A stretch of DNA of 64,000 nucleotides from Candidatus Limnocylindrales bacterium (GCA_038328755.1 JBBQMH010000003.1:5652-69651), one strand, 5' to 3'. Shown: positions 54,867 through 63,945, numbered from the stretch's first letter. The notes: generated from the sequence alone by a model not told the origin. Program-made: numbers and translations.

Positions 54867-56320
54867 TGGTCTACCGCGTCCTCATCGCCACCCTCGCCTG
54901 GGGCGAAATCGTCAGCCTCGGCGCCGGGAGGAGATTCTACGGCTGCTTCAACTTCCATGGACAGGAGGTCGCCATCGAGCCCTCTGCGGCGACGGGCAAG
55001 CAGCGACAACCCGGCAATCGCGATGGCGAGCACGAGGGCGAGCATCGGCAGGTCGGGCAGGACGGTTGCGGCCCCACCCGCTGGGAGCTCCGACGGGGTG
55101 GGAGTCGCGGGTGTCGGTGCATTCTCCACCGTGCCCGGCCTGGCTGGAGCGCCCGCCCAGTCGGATGGCAGCGGGCCGGCTGGCGCCGCCTGCGGTCCAT
55201 ACGGCTCAGGAACGGCAGCGCCGATCGTCTTCAGCCAGGCGGCCTCGAACCCAGCCACATCGAGGCCCAGCGCTGCGGTGAACGCCTCATCGTCGGAAAC
55301 ACCACCAGCGTACGAACGAACCAGACGGACCATGGCATCAGGACCGTAGCGGTCCACGAGGTACCACATCGCCGAGACACTCTCCGAATAGGCAAGGGAG
55401 AACCGATCGCGCGATGTCGGGAATTGGTCGCTCAGTGCCTGTAGCGGCATGATCGAGCCGGCCGCGGCAGCCCCCTTTACCGCGGAGCGATCGCCCGGAC
55501 CGTATCCATCCGCGAGGTACACCGCGATGCCTTCGTTGAGCCAGCGGGGCGGGTAATGGTATGGGTTGGCGACGGCCGTATCGAAGACCAGGTGGGTGAG
55601 CTCATGCGGTATGACGCTTCCGACCCAAGGGCTGTCCACGGCCGACGGTTCGATGTTCGCGAATAGCGTCCGGATGTCCGGGTGCGCTTCGCCGCCGACG
55701 TTCTCGCGGGCGCTTGGGCCGATCACGTCGTAGAACGCCATTCGGTCGCCATAGACGTAGAAGTCGATCGGATCACGCTCGGTCACGCCCAACAGCGTGC
55801 TGACGGCGCTGACCGCGTCATCGGCGATCGAGCCTGCGCGCTTTCCGAATGCCGCGCCGCCGTCGACCCAGTGGACCGTCACGAATTCACCCCGAAGCGT
55901 CCGCCACTCGAACCGGGTGTCGTCGTAGTGGACCGTCGCCGGTAGACCCGTGACCGATGAGCCATCCCGGAGCGCGAGCCGGAAACGGGCCGTCACGTCT
56001 GTATTCGGCATCAGCGTTCCGGACGGGGTCTCGAAGATGTACGAGAGCGGAGCAACACCATTGACCGCGCGGGTCTGCACGTCGGCAACGACCGATCTCG
56101 TGGACCCTTCGAGATCGAGCACGATCTCGACCCGCATGACGTCGGGCGTCAGGGTCGCCGATCCGCTGAAGGAAATCGATTCAAGAAAGGTCACAGTCGC
56201 CGTCGGCGCAGTCACGAACGGACCGGCGGCCAGGACACCGGTCGCGCCCGGCCCGAACCCGGCAACGAGTGCAATGACGACGAGCGTCAGGGCACCGAGA
56301 CGTCGGCGGATGGTCGTCAC
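54863..56320 (-). CDS. secreted, membrane-anchored MA-clan zinc metallopeptidase
   Basis: Signal-like N-terminus. HELTH (HExxH) followed by ..RWLNEGIAVY.. (third-ligand Glu, peptidase_MA_2-like). Pro/Thr linker, C-terminal TM helix, acidic tail. Confidence 0.8.
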   Translation of the reverse strand: MTTIRRRLGALTLVVIALVAGFGPGATGVLAAGPFVTAPTATVTFLESISFSGSATLTPDVMRVEIVLDLEGSTRSVVADVQTRAVNGVAPLSYIFETPSGTLMPNTDVTARFRLALRDGSSVTGLPATVHYDDTRFEWRTLRGEFVTVHWVDGGAAFGKRAGSIADDAVSAVSTLLGVTERDPIDFYVYGDRMAFYDVIGPSARENVGGEAHPDIRTLFANIEPSAVDSPWVGSVIPHELTHLVFDTAVANPYHYPPRWLNEGIAVYLADGYGPGDRSAVKGAAAAGSIMPLQALSDQFPTSRDRFSLAYSESVSAMWYLVDRYGPDAMVRLVRSYAGGVSDDEAFTAALGLDVAGFEAAWLKTIGAAVPEPYGPQAAPAGPLPSDWAGAPARPGTVENAPTPATPTPSELPAGGAATVLPDLPMLALVLAIAIAGLSLLARRRRGLDGDLLSMEVEAAVESPPGAEADDFAPGEGGDEDAVDQ

Positions 56321-57912
56321 TTCCAGGCCAGTCCAGCCAGGCGCAGGATCCCGAGGCCGCTCTCATCTGCCCCGAGCAGGCCAGTCCGGGACAGCGCCCA
56401 GCTGTCGCCCCGCGAGAGCGGGATCACCGGAGCGTCGCTCTGGACGATCGCGAGAGCGCGTTCGTACGACGCGAGCGCCGCGGCTGGATCGCGCGTCGCC
56501 AGCGCGTCGCCGATCGCCGCATCGAACGACACCGACGACCAGCGCCCGTAGTTGTTCGTGCTGCCAGTTCCCAGGAGGACGCCCAGGAAATCGTTTGCGC
56601 CCGGGTAGTCGGCGATCCATCCGAGCGTCCACATTTCGGGAGGGTCCGACTGGAGACGCCCGAAGTGGTCGGCCAGGTCCTCCAGCCGAACCGTCACGCC
56701 GAGTTCCCGCTTCAGGTCCGCGGCGATCGCCTCTCCTGGACTGTTGGTCGGCGCGAAGGTCAGGATTGGAAAACCGGCACCGCCCGGGAACCCTGCCTCG
56801 CTCAGGAGCTGCCGCGAACGCTCCGGGTCATAGGCAGGCAGCCAGTTGCGCGAACCGCCGTCCGCGATGCCCGGAGGAACCATGCTGGTGGCCGGAACCG
56901 TGCCGGTGGTCGAGGCCAGCGCAGTCAGGCGCTCCCAGTCGACAGCGGCTGCCACGGCCTGCCGAACCCTCACATCGTCGAACGGCGGACGATCCGTGCT
57001 GAATCCCAGGTAGCTCAGGGACAGTTCCGGAACGCTCCGCAGTTGGGGTCCGAGCACAGGGTCGTAGCGGATCCACGCTGCGTCGAACGCGTTGATCTCG
57101 ACGTAATCGAGATCGCCCGACTCGAACGCCGAGACAGGGCTGCGACCACCGAGCGTGGTGAGGACCCGAACGGTCCCGATCGCTGGCAGCCCGGCCCAGT
57201 ACCGTGGGTTCGCGACGAGGGTGTAGTCCGAGTCAGTGATCGGACCAAGCGTGTACGCGCCGCTGCTCGCAACTCGGTCCCTGTCGATGCTCGCGCCGCC
57301 CCGCCACACGGTCGCCGGCACGATCCCGAATACCGGGCTGGAGATGATCGCCGGAAAATCAGCCCCGGGCCGTTCCAGGTCGACGGTCACGTCGCCGCCG
57401 ACAGCCGCGAGTCCCACCAGGGCTGGGCTGGGACTCCTCCCTGCGAGGTAGTCACGAGCACCGCGAACATCGAGCAACAGCGATGCGAGCTGCGAGGGCC
57501 GGTCTGGATTGATGATCCGCAGCCAGCTGCCGACGACGTCCGCGCCCGTCAGTGGCGTTCCATCCGAGAAGGTCAGGCCCGGACGAAGGTGGAAGATGAT
57601 CCGCCGGCCATCAGCGGAGATATCCCACGACCGTGCGAGGGCTGGCCGGAGCGTGAGACTCAGGTCGAATGCCGTCAACGACTCGAACAACTGCGCGGTC
57701 GCCGAGGCCGATCCAATGTCGCTGCCCAGGCCCGGGTCGAAGGTGGATGGGAGGCTGCCGCCGATCGTGACCTCGTCCTTGTTTGCAGCAGCTGCCACGG
57801 CCCCCATGGGTCCGCCACCGACCGGAAGCCCCAGCACGACAGCCAGGGCCACAAGGCCAGCGAGTGATCGCCACCGGGAACGGAGGCCGCGTCGCGTCAG
57901 GATTGCCACCAT
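56317..57912 (-). CDS. ABC transporter substrate-binding protein, family 5 (peptide/nickel type), orphan
   Basis: 531 aa with a signal peptide. ..FHLRPGLTFSDGTPLTGADV.. and ..NPRYW.. are typical SBP_bac_5 segments. No permease or ATPase gene is adjacent. Confidence 0.88.
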   Translation of the reverse strand: MVAILTRRGLRSRWRSLAGLVALAVVLGLPVGGGPMGAVAAAANKDEVTIGGSLPSTFDPGLGSDIGSASATAQLFESLTAFDLSLTLRPALARSWDISADGRRIIFHLRPGLTFSDGTPLTGADVVGSWLRIINPDRPSQLASLLLDVRGARDYLAGRSPSPALVGLAAVGGDVTVDLERPGADFPAIISSPVFGIVPATVWRGGASIDRDRVASSGAYTLGPITDSDYTLVANPRYWAGLPAIGTVRVLTTLGGRSPVSAFESGDLDYVEINAFDAAWIRYDPVLGPQLRSVPELSLSYLGFSTDRPPFDDVRVRQAVAAAVDWERLTALASTTGTVPATSMVPPGIADGGSRNWLPAYDPERSRQLLSEAGFPGGAGFPILTFAPTNSPGEAIAADLKRELGVTVRLEDLADHFGRLQSDPPEMWTLGWIADYPGANDFLGVLLGTGSTNNYGRWSSVSFDAAIGDALATRDPAAALASYERALAIVQSDAPVIPLSRGDSWALSRTGLLGADESGLGILRLAGLAWK

Positions 57913-58055
57913 GCCGGACCCCGGCGCGTCCCATCCGCATCCAGCATTTCGACGGGCTGCACCACGGGCACCGGAGTCGGAACGCGCACGGTCCAGGCAT
58001 ATCGGTTCCCGGAGAACCCGAACAGGAGGGACGCGACCCAGATGAACCGACGCAT
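57897..58055 (-). CDS. possible leaderless small ORF (52 aa, hydrophobic N-terminus)
   Basis: TATACT (58067-58062) lies 6 nt before ATG 58055. Reads MRRFIWVASLLFGFSGNRYAWTVRVPTPVPVVQPVEMLDADGTRRGPAWWQS. About 77% G/C in third positions. Overlaps the SBP start by 16 nt. Confidence 0.25.
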   Translation of the reverse strand: MRRFIWVASLLFGFSGNRYAWTVRVPTPVPVVQPVEMLDADGTRRGPAWWQS

Positions 58056-58132
58056 CTCGGGAGTATAGGCGGGAGGTCGGACGAGACCGATCTCAGGGTC
58101 TGGGCAGACCGGGCAACATGAGAGGTCCCGCT

Positions 58133-58969
58133 TCAGGACTCCGAGGTTGACGGCGCCGCCAGGTCGCTCCGCCCGCGAAACCGGTCCAGTAACCGGTACT
58201 GGTTCCGCTTCCGCGCACGCCGGTCCGCGACTGCTCCCCCGGCAGCGAGTCCCCCATCGTCATGGAGCAGGGGCAGGTCTGGGATCGCCCTCGCCCGGCG
58301 TGCCGGTTGATCGTCCCCGCCATCTCGAAGGACCAGGCTCCACCAGGCATCCAGCAGATACGCGTCGCCGAACTCCTCGTCGAGCGGACCAAGGGCTCGA
58401 CCATCTTCCCGACGAAATGCCAGGAGCGCACCATCGATCACCGTCGGATCGGACTCGGGACCGACCGGATCGAAGGCGCGGAAGTCCTCCGTTCGCGCGC
58501 CAGACCGGCCGACAACGGCGACACCAGGATCCTCGAGCGCGGCGAGTATCGGAGTCACCACGTCCCCGGTGACGACCAACGCGGGCTCCATGAAGGCTAC
58601 GACGGCGCCGGACGCGCGACGCAGCCCACAGTTCAACAGCGCTGCCGCGCCCAATCGCGTTGAGGTGCCGACGAGTTCGACCCGGGGTGTGAGCGAGACG
58701 AGTGACGCCCACAATTCGGGTGCCGGATCCTCCACGACCACCACGATCTCCAGGTCCGGACCGTGATGCTGCATGAGGCCCGCCACCGACCGCTCGACCA
58801 GATCGACGTTGGCGTCTGTCGTGACCAGCACCACCGTCAGCGCCACGGACGACGCCTCGTCGAGCCGACTTGGGACCGCGGACGAGTGGCCATAGAGAAC
58901 TCGTCCGCCCTCGACCCGATCTGCCGGCACGGCCGGCTCGAGCCGGAAATCGACGCCCGAGTCGATCAC
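58133..58969 (-). CDS. GT-A-fold glycosyltransferase-like protein
   Basis: ..LTVVLVTTDANVDLVERSVAGL.. and ..IVVVVEDPAP.. ..GAVVAFMEP.. resemble the family-2 glycosyltransferase N-terminal half. This is a weak by-eye call. Confidence 0.5.
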   Translation of the reverse strand: MIDSGVDFRLEPAVPADRVEGGRVLYGHSSAVPSRLDEASSVALTVVLVTTDANVDLVERSVAGLMQHHGPDLEIVVVVEDPAPELWASLVSLTPRVELVGTSTRLGAAALLNCGLRRASGAVVAFMEPALVVTGDVVTPILAALEDPGVAVVGRSGARTEDFRAFDPVGPESDPTVIDGALLAFRREDGRALGPLDEEFGDAYLLDAWWSLVLRDGGDDQPARRARAIPDLPLLHDDGGLAAGGAVADRRARKRNQYRLLDRFRGRSDLAAPSTSES

Positions 58970-59094
58970 CCGCCAGCCGGCTGCTTGGATCTGATCACGT
59001 AACTGGTCGGCGAGCGCCCAATCACGAGCTGCCCGCGCGGCCGAGCGGCCGTGAGCCGCGTCGAGGACCGGTTGTGGAACGTACGGCCGGTTCG

Positions 59095-60783
59095 CTATGT
59101 CGATCTCCCGCGCGAAATGGACTTGTACCGGATCCGGTGTGGCTGGTCGGCAGCCGTCCCGAGTTCCTTGTGGCGGAAGGCCTCGTAGTCGCTGACATTG
59201 CCCTCGAACCAGCGGATCTGGCTGTCCCCCTCGAAGGCGAGGATGTGCGTCGCGATCCGGTCCAGGAACCAGCGGTCGTGGCTGATGACGACGACGCAGC
59301 CCGGGAACGATTCAAGCCCAGCCTCAAGCGCGCGCAGCGTGTCCACGTCGAGATCGTTGGTGGGTTCGTCGAGGAGCAGGACGTTCCCGCCCGTCTGGAG
59401 CAGCTTGGCGAGGTGCACCCGGTTGCGCTCCCCGCCCGACAGCGCGCCAACGAGTTTCTGCTGGTCCGTTCCACGGAAGTTGAAGCTGGAGACATACGCG
59501 CGGGCCGGGATCTCCCGCGTACCGACCTTGACCACCTCGACGCCATCGGTGATCTCCTGGAACACCGTGAGGTCGGCCCGCAGATCGTCGCGGCTCTGGT
59601 CGACGTAGCTCAGCTGGACTGTCTCCCCGATCTGGATGGAACCCGTATCCGGGCCCTCCTGGCCGACGAGCATCCGGAACAGCGTGGTCTTGCCTGCACC
59701 GTTCGCGCCGATGATCCCGACGATCCCCGCCCGTGGCAGCGAGAACGTCAGGTCCTCGACCAGGAGCTTGTCGCCATATCCCTTGCGCAGATCCCTGACC
59801 TCGATGACCGTGTCACCGAGCCGGGGTCCGGGTGGAATCGCAATCTCGAGCTCACGCGCGCTCCCCTTGTCGTCCTGCGCTTCGGCGAGCAGCTGCTCGT
59901 AGGCACTGAGCCGCGCCTTCCCCTTCGCCTGGCGAGCCCTCGGAGACAGTCGCACCCAGTCGAGCTCGCGCGCCAGCGTCCGCTGTCGAGCATCGACCGT
60001 CTTCGACTCGTGGGACATGCGCTCCAGCTTCTGCTCCAGCCAGCTCGAGTAGTTGCCCGAGAACGGGATACCCCGGCCACGGTCCAGCTCCAGGATCCAT
60101 TGCGCGACGTTGTCCAGGAAGTAGCGATCGTGGGTGATGGCGACCACGGTGCCCGCGTACTCCTGCAGGAACCGCTCGAGCCATTCGACGGACTCCGCGT
60201 CGAGGTGATTCGTGGGTTCATCGAGCAGCAACAGGTCCGGATGCTCGAGGAGGAGCCGGCACAGGGCCACGCGTCGCTTCTCGCCACCAGACAGGATCGT
60301 GATGTCGGCATCGTCGGGCGGGCAGCGAAGCGCATCCATCGCGATGTCGACGTTGCGTTCCAGGTTCCAGGCATCCGCGGCGTTGATCCGGTCCTCGAGC
60401 GCCGACTGCTCGAGCCCGATGGCCTCGTAGTCGGCATCTGGGTCGGCCCACTTCGCCATGACGGCGTGGTACTTGTCCAGGAGGTCCTGGACCGGCCGGA
60501 CGCCATCGAGCACGTTGCCCTTGACGTCCTTCGCGGGATCGAGCTGCGGCTCCTGGCTGAGATACCCGACCGTGAAGCCGGGCGTCAGGCGCGCTTCCCC
60601 GGTGAAGCCGTCGTCAAGGCCGGCCATGATCCGCAGCAGACTCGACTTGCCGGCCCCGTTTGCCCCGATGACGCCGATCTTGGCGCCAGGATAGAAGGAC
60701 AGGGAGATGTTCTCGAGCACCGTCCGATCGGGCGGATAGTGTCGGGCGAGCCGGTACGAGGTGTAGATGAATTCGTGAGCCAT
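59095..60783 (-). CDS. ettA: energy-dependent translational throttle ABC-F protein EttA
   Basis: MAHEFIYTSYRLARHYPPDRTVLENISLSFYPGAKIGVIGANGAGKSSLLRIMAG.. with two ABC cassettes (LSGGEKRR and LSGGERNR). 562 aa. Confidence 0.95.
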   Translation of the reverse strand: MAHEFIYTSYRLARHYPPDRTVLENISLSFYPGAKIGVIGANGAGKSSLLRIMAGLDDGFTGEARLTPGFTVGYLSQEPQLDPAKDVKGNVLDGVRPVQDLLDKYHAVMAKWADPDADYEAIGLEQSALEDRINAADAWNLERNVDIAMDALRCPPDDADITILSGGEKRRVALCRLLLEHPDLLLLDEPTNHLDAESVEWLERFLQEYAGTVVAITHDRYFLDNVAQWILELDRGRGIPFSGNYSSWLEQKLERMSHESKTVDARQRTLARELDWVRLSPRARQAKGKARLSAYEQLLAEAQDDKGSARELEIAIPPGPRLGDTVIEVRDLRKGYGDKLLVEDLTFSLPRAGIVGIIGANGAGKTTLFRMLVGQEGPDTGSIQIGETVQLSYVDQSRDDLRADLTVFQEITDGVEVVKVGTREIPARAYVSSFNFRGTDQQKLVGALSGGERNRVHLAKLLQTGGNVLLLDEPTNDLDVDTLRALEAGLESFPGCVVVISHDRWFLDRIATHILAFEGDSQIRWFEGNVSDYEAFRHKELGTAADQPHRIRYKSISRGRST

Positions 60784-60839
60784 GGGTGGCTAAGGGTAGC
60801 GACTGCGGGCGCCGCGGGCCCTGCGGGCCGTCGCCGGGG

Positions 60840-61637
60840 CTATTCGGCGAGGAGGGTGTCCAGCCCTCGGGTCAGCCCAACGCGTCCGATCACCCGCCGA
60901 ATGGCAAGGAGCGTGCCGGCCACATAGGGCTCGGCCGACGTCCCCGCATCGTGCCGGATCGTGAGGCGCTCATCCGGCAGCCCAAAGACGGCCTCGGTCG
61001 ACAGTGAGTAGCCCGGAAGTCGAAGTGAGTGGACCCGCACGGCTCCGACTTCGGCGCCACGGGCAGCTCGATTGACGGTGTCGACGTCCGATGCCAAGGG
61101 GGTCGACGCAGCTCCAGCACCGGCGAGTCGTTCGGCCATTTCGCGCGCGGTCCCACTCGGAGCATCCGGCTTGGCTGCGTCTGCGTAATCGATGATCTCG
61201 ACGTGAGGAAGGTACCTCGCTGCCAGCAGGGCGGCGGCCTGGGCCAACGCGGCGGTGATCGAAAAGTTGCCGGCGGCGATCACGCCGACGCCTCGCTCCC
61301 TCGAGAGGGCGTCCGTCTCCTGGAAGTCGGCGGCACTGAGGCCCGATGAACCGACGACCACCGACACGCCATGCTGGACGGCCGTCTTCACATTCCCACG
61401 AACGGCTGCATACGAGGTGTAATCGACCAGGACGTCGACGCCGCCGGCAAGTGCCTCTGTCACGGTCGCCGACACAAGGATCCCGAGTGGAGAGCCACCG
61501 AGCGAGGTGCCGAGATCGGAGCCCGCGGCGGACCGAGCTACTGCGGAGACGAGCTGCATGTCCTCAGCTGCGAGGACGCCTGCGGTCAGAGCCCGACCGG
61601 CCCATCCCGTCGCACCCGCGATACACACCCTGATCAC
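60840..61637 (-). CDS. dihydrodipicolinate reductase (DapB)-family protein, atypical active-site block
   Basis: MIRVCIAGATGWAGRAL (NAD(P) GxxGxxG) and ..KPDAPSGTA.. are present. The usual E-x-H-H-x-x-K block instead reads EIIDYADAAK. Confidence 0.75.
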   Translation of the reverse strand: MIRVCIAGATGWAGRALTAGVLAAEDMQLVSAVARSAAGSDLGTSLGGSPLGILVSATVTEALAGGVDVLVDYTSYAAVRGNVKTAVQHGVSVVVGSSGLSAADFQETDALSRERGVGVIAAGNFSITAALAQAAALLAARYLPHVEIIDYADAAKPDAPSGTAREMAERLAGAGAASTPLASDVDTVNRAARGAEVGAVRVHSLRLPGYSLSTEAVFGLPDERLTIRHDAGTSAEPYVAGTLLAIRRVIGRVGLTRGLDTLLAE

Positions 61638-61713
61638 TGCCGAGCACTTCCTTCCTCTTCAGGCGCAGATCGACGCAGTGTAAGCGTGCGTAGCCGGGCA
61701 GTACCATTCCCCG

Positions 61714-63018
61714 ATGCAGCGTGCCCGCGTTCGATCGGTCGTCGACGTCGTCGTCAGCCCACTCCAGGACTTCATCAGGGCCGAGAGCTTCAGCGGAATC
61801 GTCCTGATCGTTGCGGCGATCGCCGCCTTTGCCCTTGCGAATTCTGCGTGGGCGTCCGGCTATTTCGAACTGCTCGGCGCCAAGGCGGGGCTCCGGTTCG
61901 GCGAGTGGTCGCTGGAGAAGCCGCTGCTTCTGTGGGTCAACGATCTCCTGATGGCCGTCTTCTTCTTCGTCGTCGGCCTCGAGATCAAACGCGAAATCCT
62001 CGTGGGCGAGCTTACGAACCGACGGAGCGCCATGCTGCCGATCGCTGGCGCCCTCGGTGGCATGGTCGTGCCGGCACTCGTCTTCTTCGCGCTGAATGCC
62101 GGGTCGTCCGCCGTTCGCGGATGGGGGATCCCGATGGCCACCGACATCGCCTTCGCCCTCGGCATCCTCGCCCTGCTCGGTTCCCGTGTCGGCCTGCCAC
62201 TGAAGATCTTCCTGCTTGCCCTCGCGATCGTGGATGACCTGGGGGCGGTTCTCGTGATTGCCCTCTTCTACACGGACCAGCTCGACGTCGTCTCGCTCCT
62301 GCTCGCTGGTGCGGCATGGGCCGGTGCGTTGGCCTATGGGCACTTCGGTGCCGCGCGGCCCCTCGGCTACGCCGTCATCGGCGCAGTCATGTGGTACTTC
62401 ATGCTCAAGTCCGGGGTCCACGCCACCGTGGCTGGTGTCCTCATGGCCGTGACGGTACCCCTCCGCCACACGCTCACGAGCGACGAGCTCCAGGAGGAGC
62501 TGCAACCGGTTCTCGGGCAGCAGGCCGACGGCTTCGAAGAGGTGGAGGTTGCGATTGAGCGCCTGGAGGGTGTCCTCGATCGTGCGCACAGCCCGCTGCA
62601 CTCGATGGAGCATGCGCTGACCCCGATCGTAGCCTTCGTGATCATGCCGATCTTCGCGTTCTTCAACGCGGGCGTCGCGATTGCTGGCGGCGACGTCTCG
62701 ATCACCGGGGCGGTCTCAGTTGGAGTGCTATTGGGGCTGACCGTCGGCAAGCCCGTGGGCATCCTCCTCTTCGCGTGGCTTGCGGTCAGGAGCGGACTCA
62801 CGGACCTGCCGACCGGGGCTCGATGGACCGGGATGATCGGGGTGGCTCTGCTAGCCGGTATCGGGTTCACGATGTCACTGTTCATCGCCGGACTGGCGTT
62901 CGGTCCGGGACCTGCGCTCGACGAGGCGAAGCTCGGCATTCTCGCCGCGTCGGTCGTGGCGGCGGTCGTCGGACTCGTGTTCCTGTCGCGCTCTCTGCCG
63001 CGGGAGCAGCCGGCGTAG
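61714..63018 (+). CDS. nhaA: Na+/H+ antiporter NhaA
   Basis: Has ..FIRAESFSGIVLIVAAI.., ..WVNDLLMAVFFFVVGLEIKRE.. and ..AIVDDLGAV.. (the DD pair). Confidence 0.95.
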   Translation: MQRARVRSVVDVVVSPLQDFIRAESFSGIVLIVAAIAAFALANSAWASGYFELLGAKAGLRFGEWSLEKPLLLWVNDLLMAVFFFVVGLEIKREILVGELTNRRSAMLPIAGALGGMVVPALVFFALNAGSSAVRGWGIPMATDIAFALGILALLGSRVGLPLKIFLLALAIVDDLGAVLVIALFYTDQLDVVSLLLAGAAWAGALAYGHFGAARPLGYAVIGAVMWYFMLKSGVHATVAGVLMAVTVPLRHTLTSDELQEELQPVLGQQADGFEEVEVAIERLEGVLDRAHSPLHSMEHALTPIVAFVIMPIFAFFNAGVAIAGGDVSITGAVSVGVLLGLTVGKPVGILLFAWLAVRSGLTDLPTGARWTGMIGVALLAGIGFTMSLFIAGLAFGPGPALDEAKLGILAASVVAAVVGLVFLSRSLPREQPA

Positions 63019-63083
63019 CAGCGGCGCCGCGGGAGCAGCCCGCGTAGCAGCGGCGCCGCGGGAGCTGCCCGCGTAGAGCGGGC
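62997..63083. repeat. 29-bp tandem repeat x3 spanning the nhaA stop
   Basis: GCCGCGGGAGCAGCCGGCGTAGCAGCGGC / GCCGCGGGAGCAGCCCGCGTAGCAGCGGC / GCCGCGGGAGCTGCCCGCGTAGAGCGGGC. Each unit carries TAG (63016, 63045, 63074) and an internal CGCGGG..CCCGCG inverted repeat. Confidence 0.9.
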
Positions 63084-63086
63084 CTG

Positions 63087-63335
63087 CTACGCCCCTTGTT
63101 CGACCTCGTGCAGCGTATGGGCTTCGAGGCCGTGGGCCTCGCGGTGTACAAGAGTCGCCGTCTCACGGTCGGGCGCATCGACGAGGCAGAAGACCTTGCC
63201 GGCCGCTTCGTCCACCCAATAGTGCTTGTAGTTCACACCGTGCTTGCCCTGGACGCGGACGTCGGCCTCATGAGCCACGGCCACGTCGGCGGCCTTTACG
63301 CCGGGCAGATCGTGAATATCCAAGTAGGTCGGCAT
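63087..63335 (-). CDS. DUF4242-domain protein
   Basis: MPTYLDIHDLPGVKAADVAVAHEADVRVQGKHGVNYKHYWVDEAAGKVFCLVDAPDRETA.. is a typical DUF4242 sequence. AGGAGG lies 6 nt before ATG 63335. Confidence 0.8.
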   Translation of the reverse strand: MPTYLDIHDLPGVKAADVAVAHEADVRVQGKHGVNYKHYWVDEAAGKVFCLVDAPDRETATLVHREAHGLEAHTLHEVEQGA

Positions 63336-63491
63336 GGGACGCCTCCTGATTCGTGCGCCGGCTTCGCGGGCGCTCACGCCATGTTGCCATGTCAGGCAAC
63401 TCTGCGGTCTACCGGCGTTGCGGGGCTCTTCCTGTCTGGTGCCTGACGACCCGCTGGCGCGGTAGGTTGGGACCGGTGCTCGCAGAGCAGC

Positions 63492-63875
63492 TCATGGCGC
63501 GACCGCGATGGCCTCGATCGAAAACAAGAGACCCCGCGGAAGCCCGACGATCGGGGTCGATCGGGCTGGTGGATCGATCGGAAAGTACTCGGCATAGAGT
63601 CGCCCGGACGTCGCCACGTCGTCCGCGCTGGCAACGAACGTCGTCGTCTTGACGACATGCTCGAGACCGGAGCCCGCTGCAGCCAGAACTGCCCGCAGGT
63701 TCTCGTATGCCTGTCGAGCCTGTGCCTCGAATCCGCCCTCGATGGTCTCGCTTGTTGCTGGATGGACGCCGGCCTGGCCGGACACGAAGAGGAATTCCCC
63801 CGCCTGAACGACCTGCGAATACGGCCCGAGTGGCTTCGGCATGTCAGAACTGTCCACCGGTGCATGGCTCAACAT
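63492..63875 (-). CDS. ridA: RidA/YjgF-family reactive-intermediate deaminase
   Basis: Has ..PKPLGPYSQVVQAGEFLFVSGQ.., ..VVKTTTFV.. and ..PARSTPIVGLPRGLLFSIEAIA... ATG 63875 lies after AAGGGAG. Confidence 0.9.
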   Translation of the reverse strand: MLSHAPVDSSDMPKPLGPYSQVVQAGEFLFVSGQAGVHPATSETIEGGFEAQARQAYENLRAVLAAAGSGLEHVVKTTTFVASADDVATSGRLYAEYFPIDPPARSTPIVGLPRGLLFSIEAIAVAP

Positions 63876-63945
63876 CGGACTCCCTTTCGTCGGTGACGAG
63901 TGCACCTCGCAAGGTGGCGTTGGCATTCGCTGGCTCGTGGTTCAA

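Noticed and set aside
63383-63400. Hairpin GTTGCC-atgtca-GGCAAC in the ridA / DUF4242 spacer as a terminator or operator
   Set aside because: It has a 6-bp stem, no U-tract and no second copy. It could be either feature or neither.
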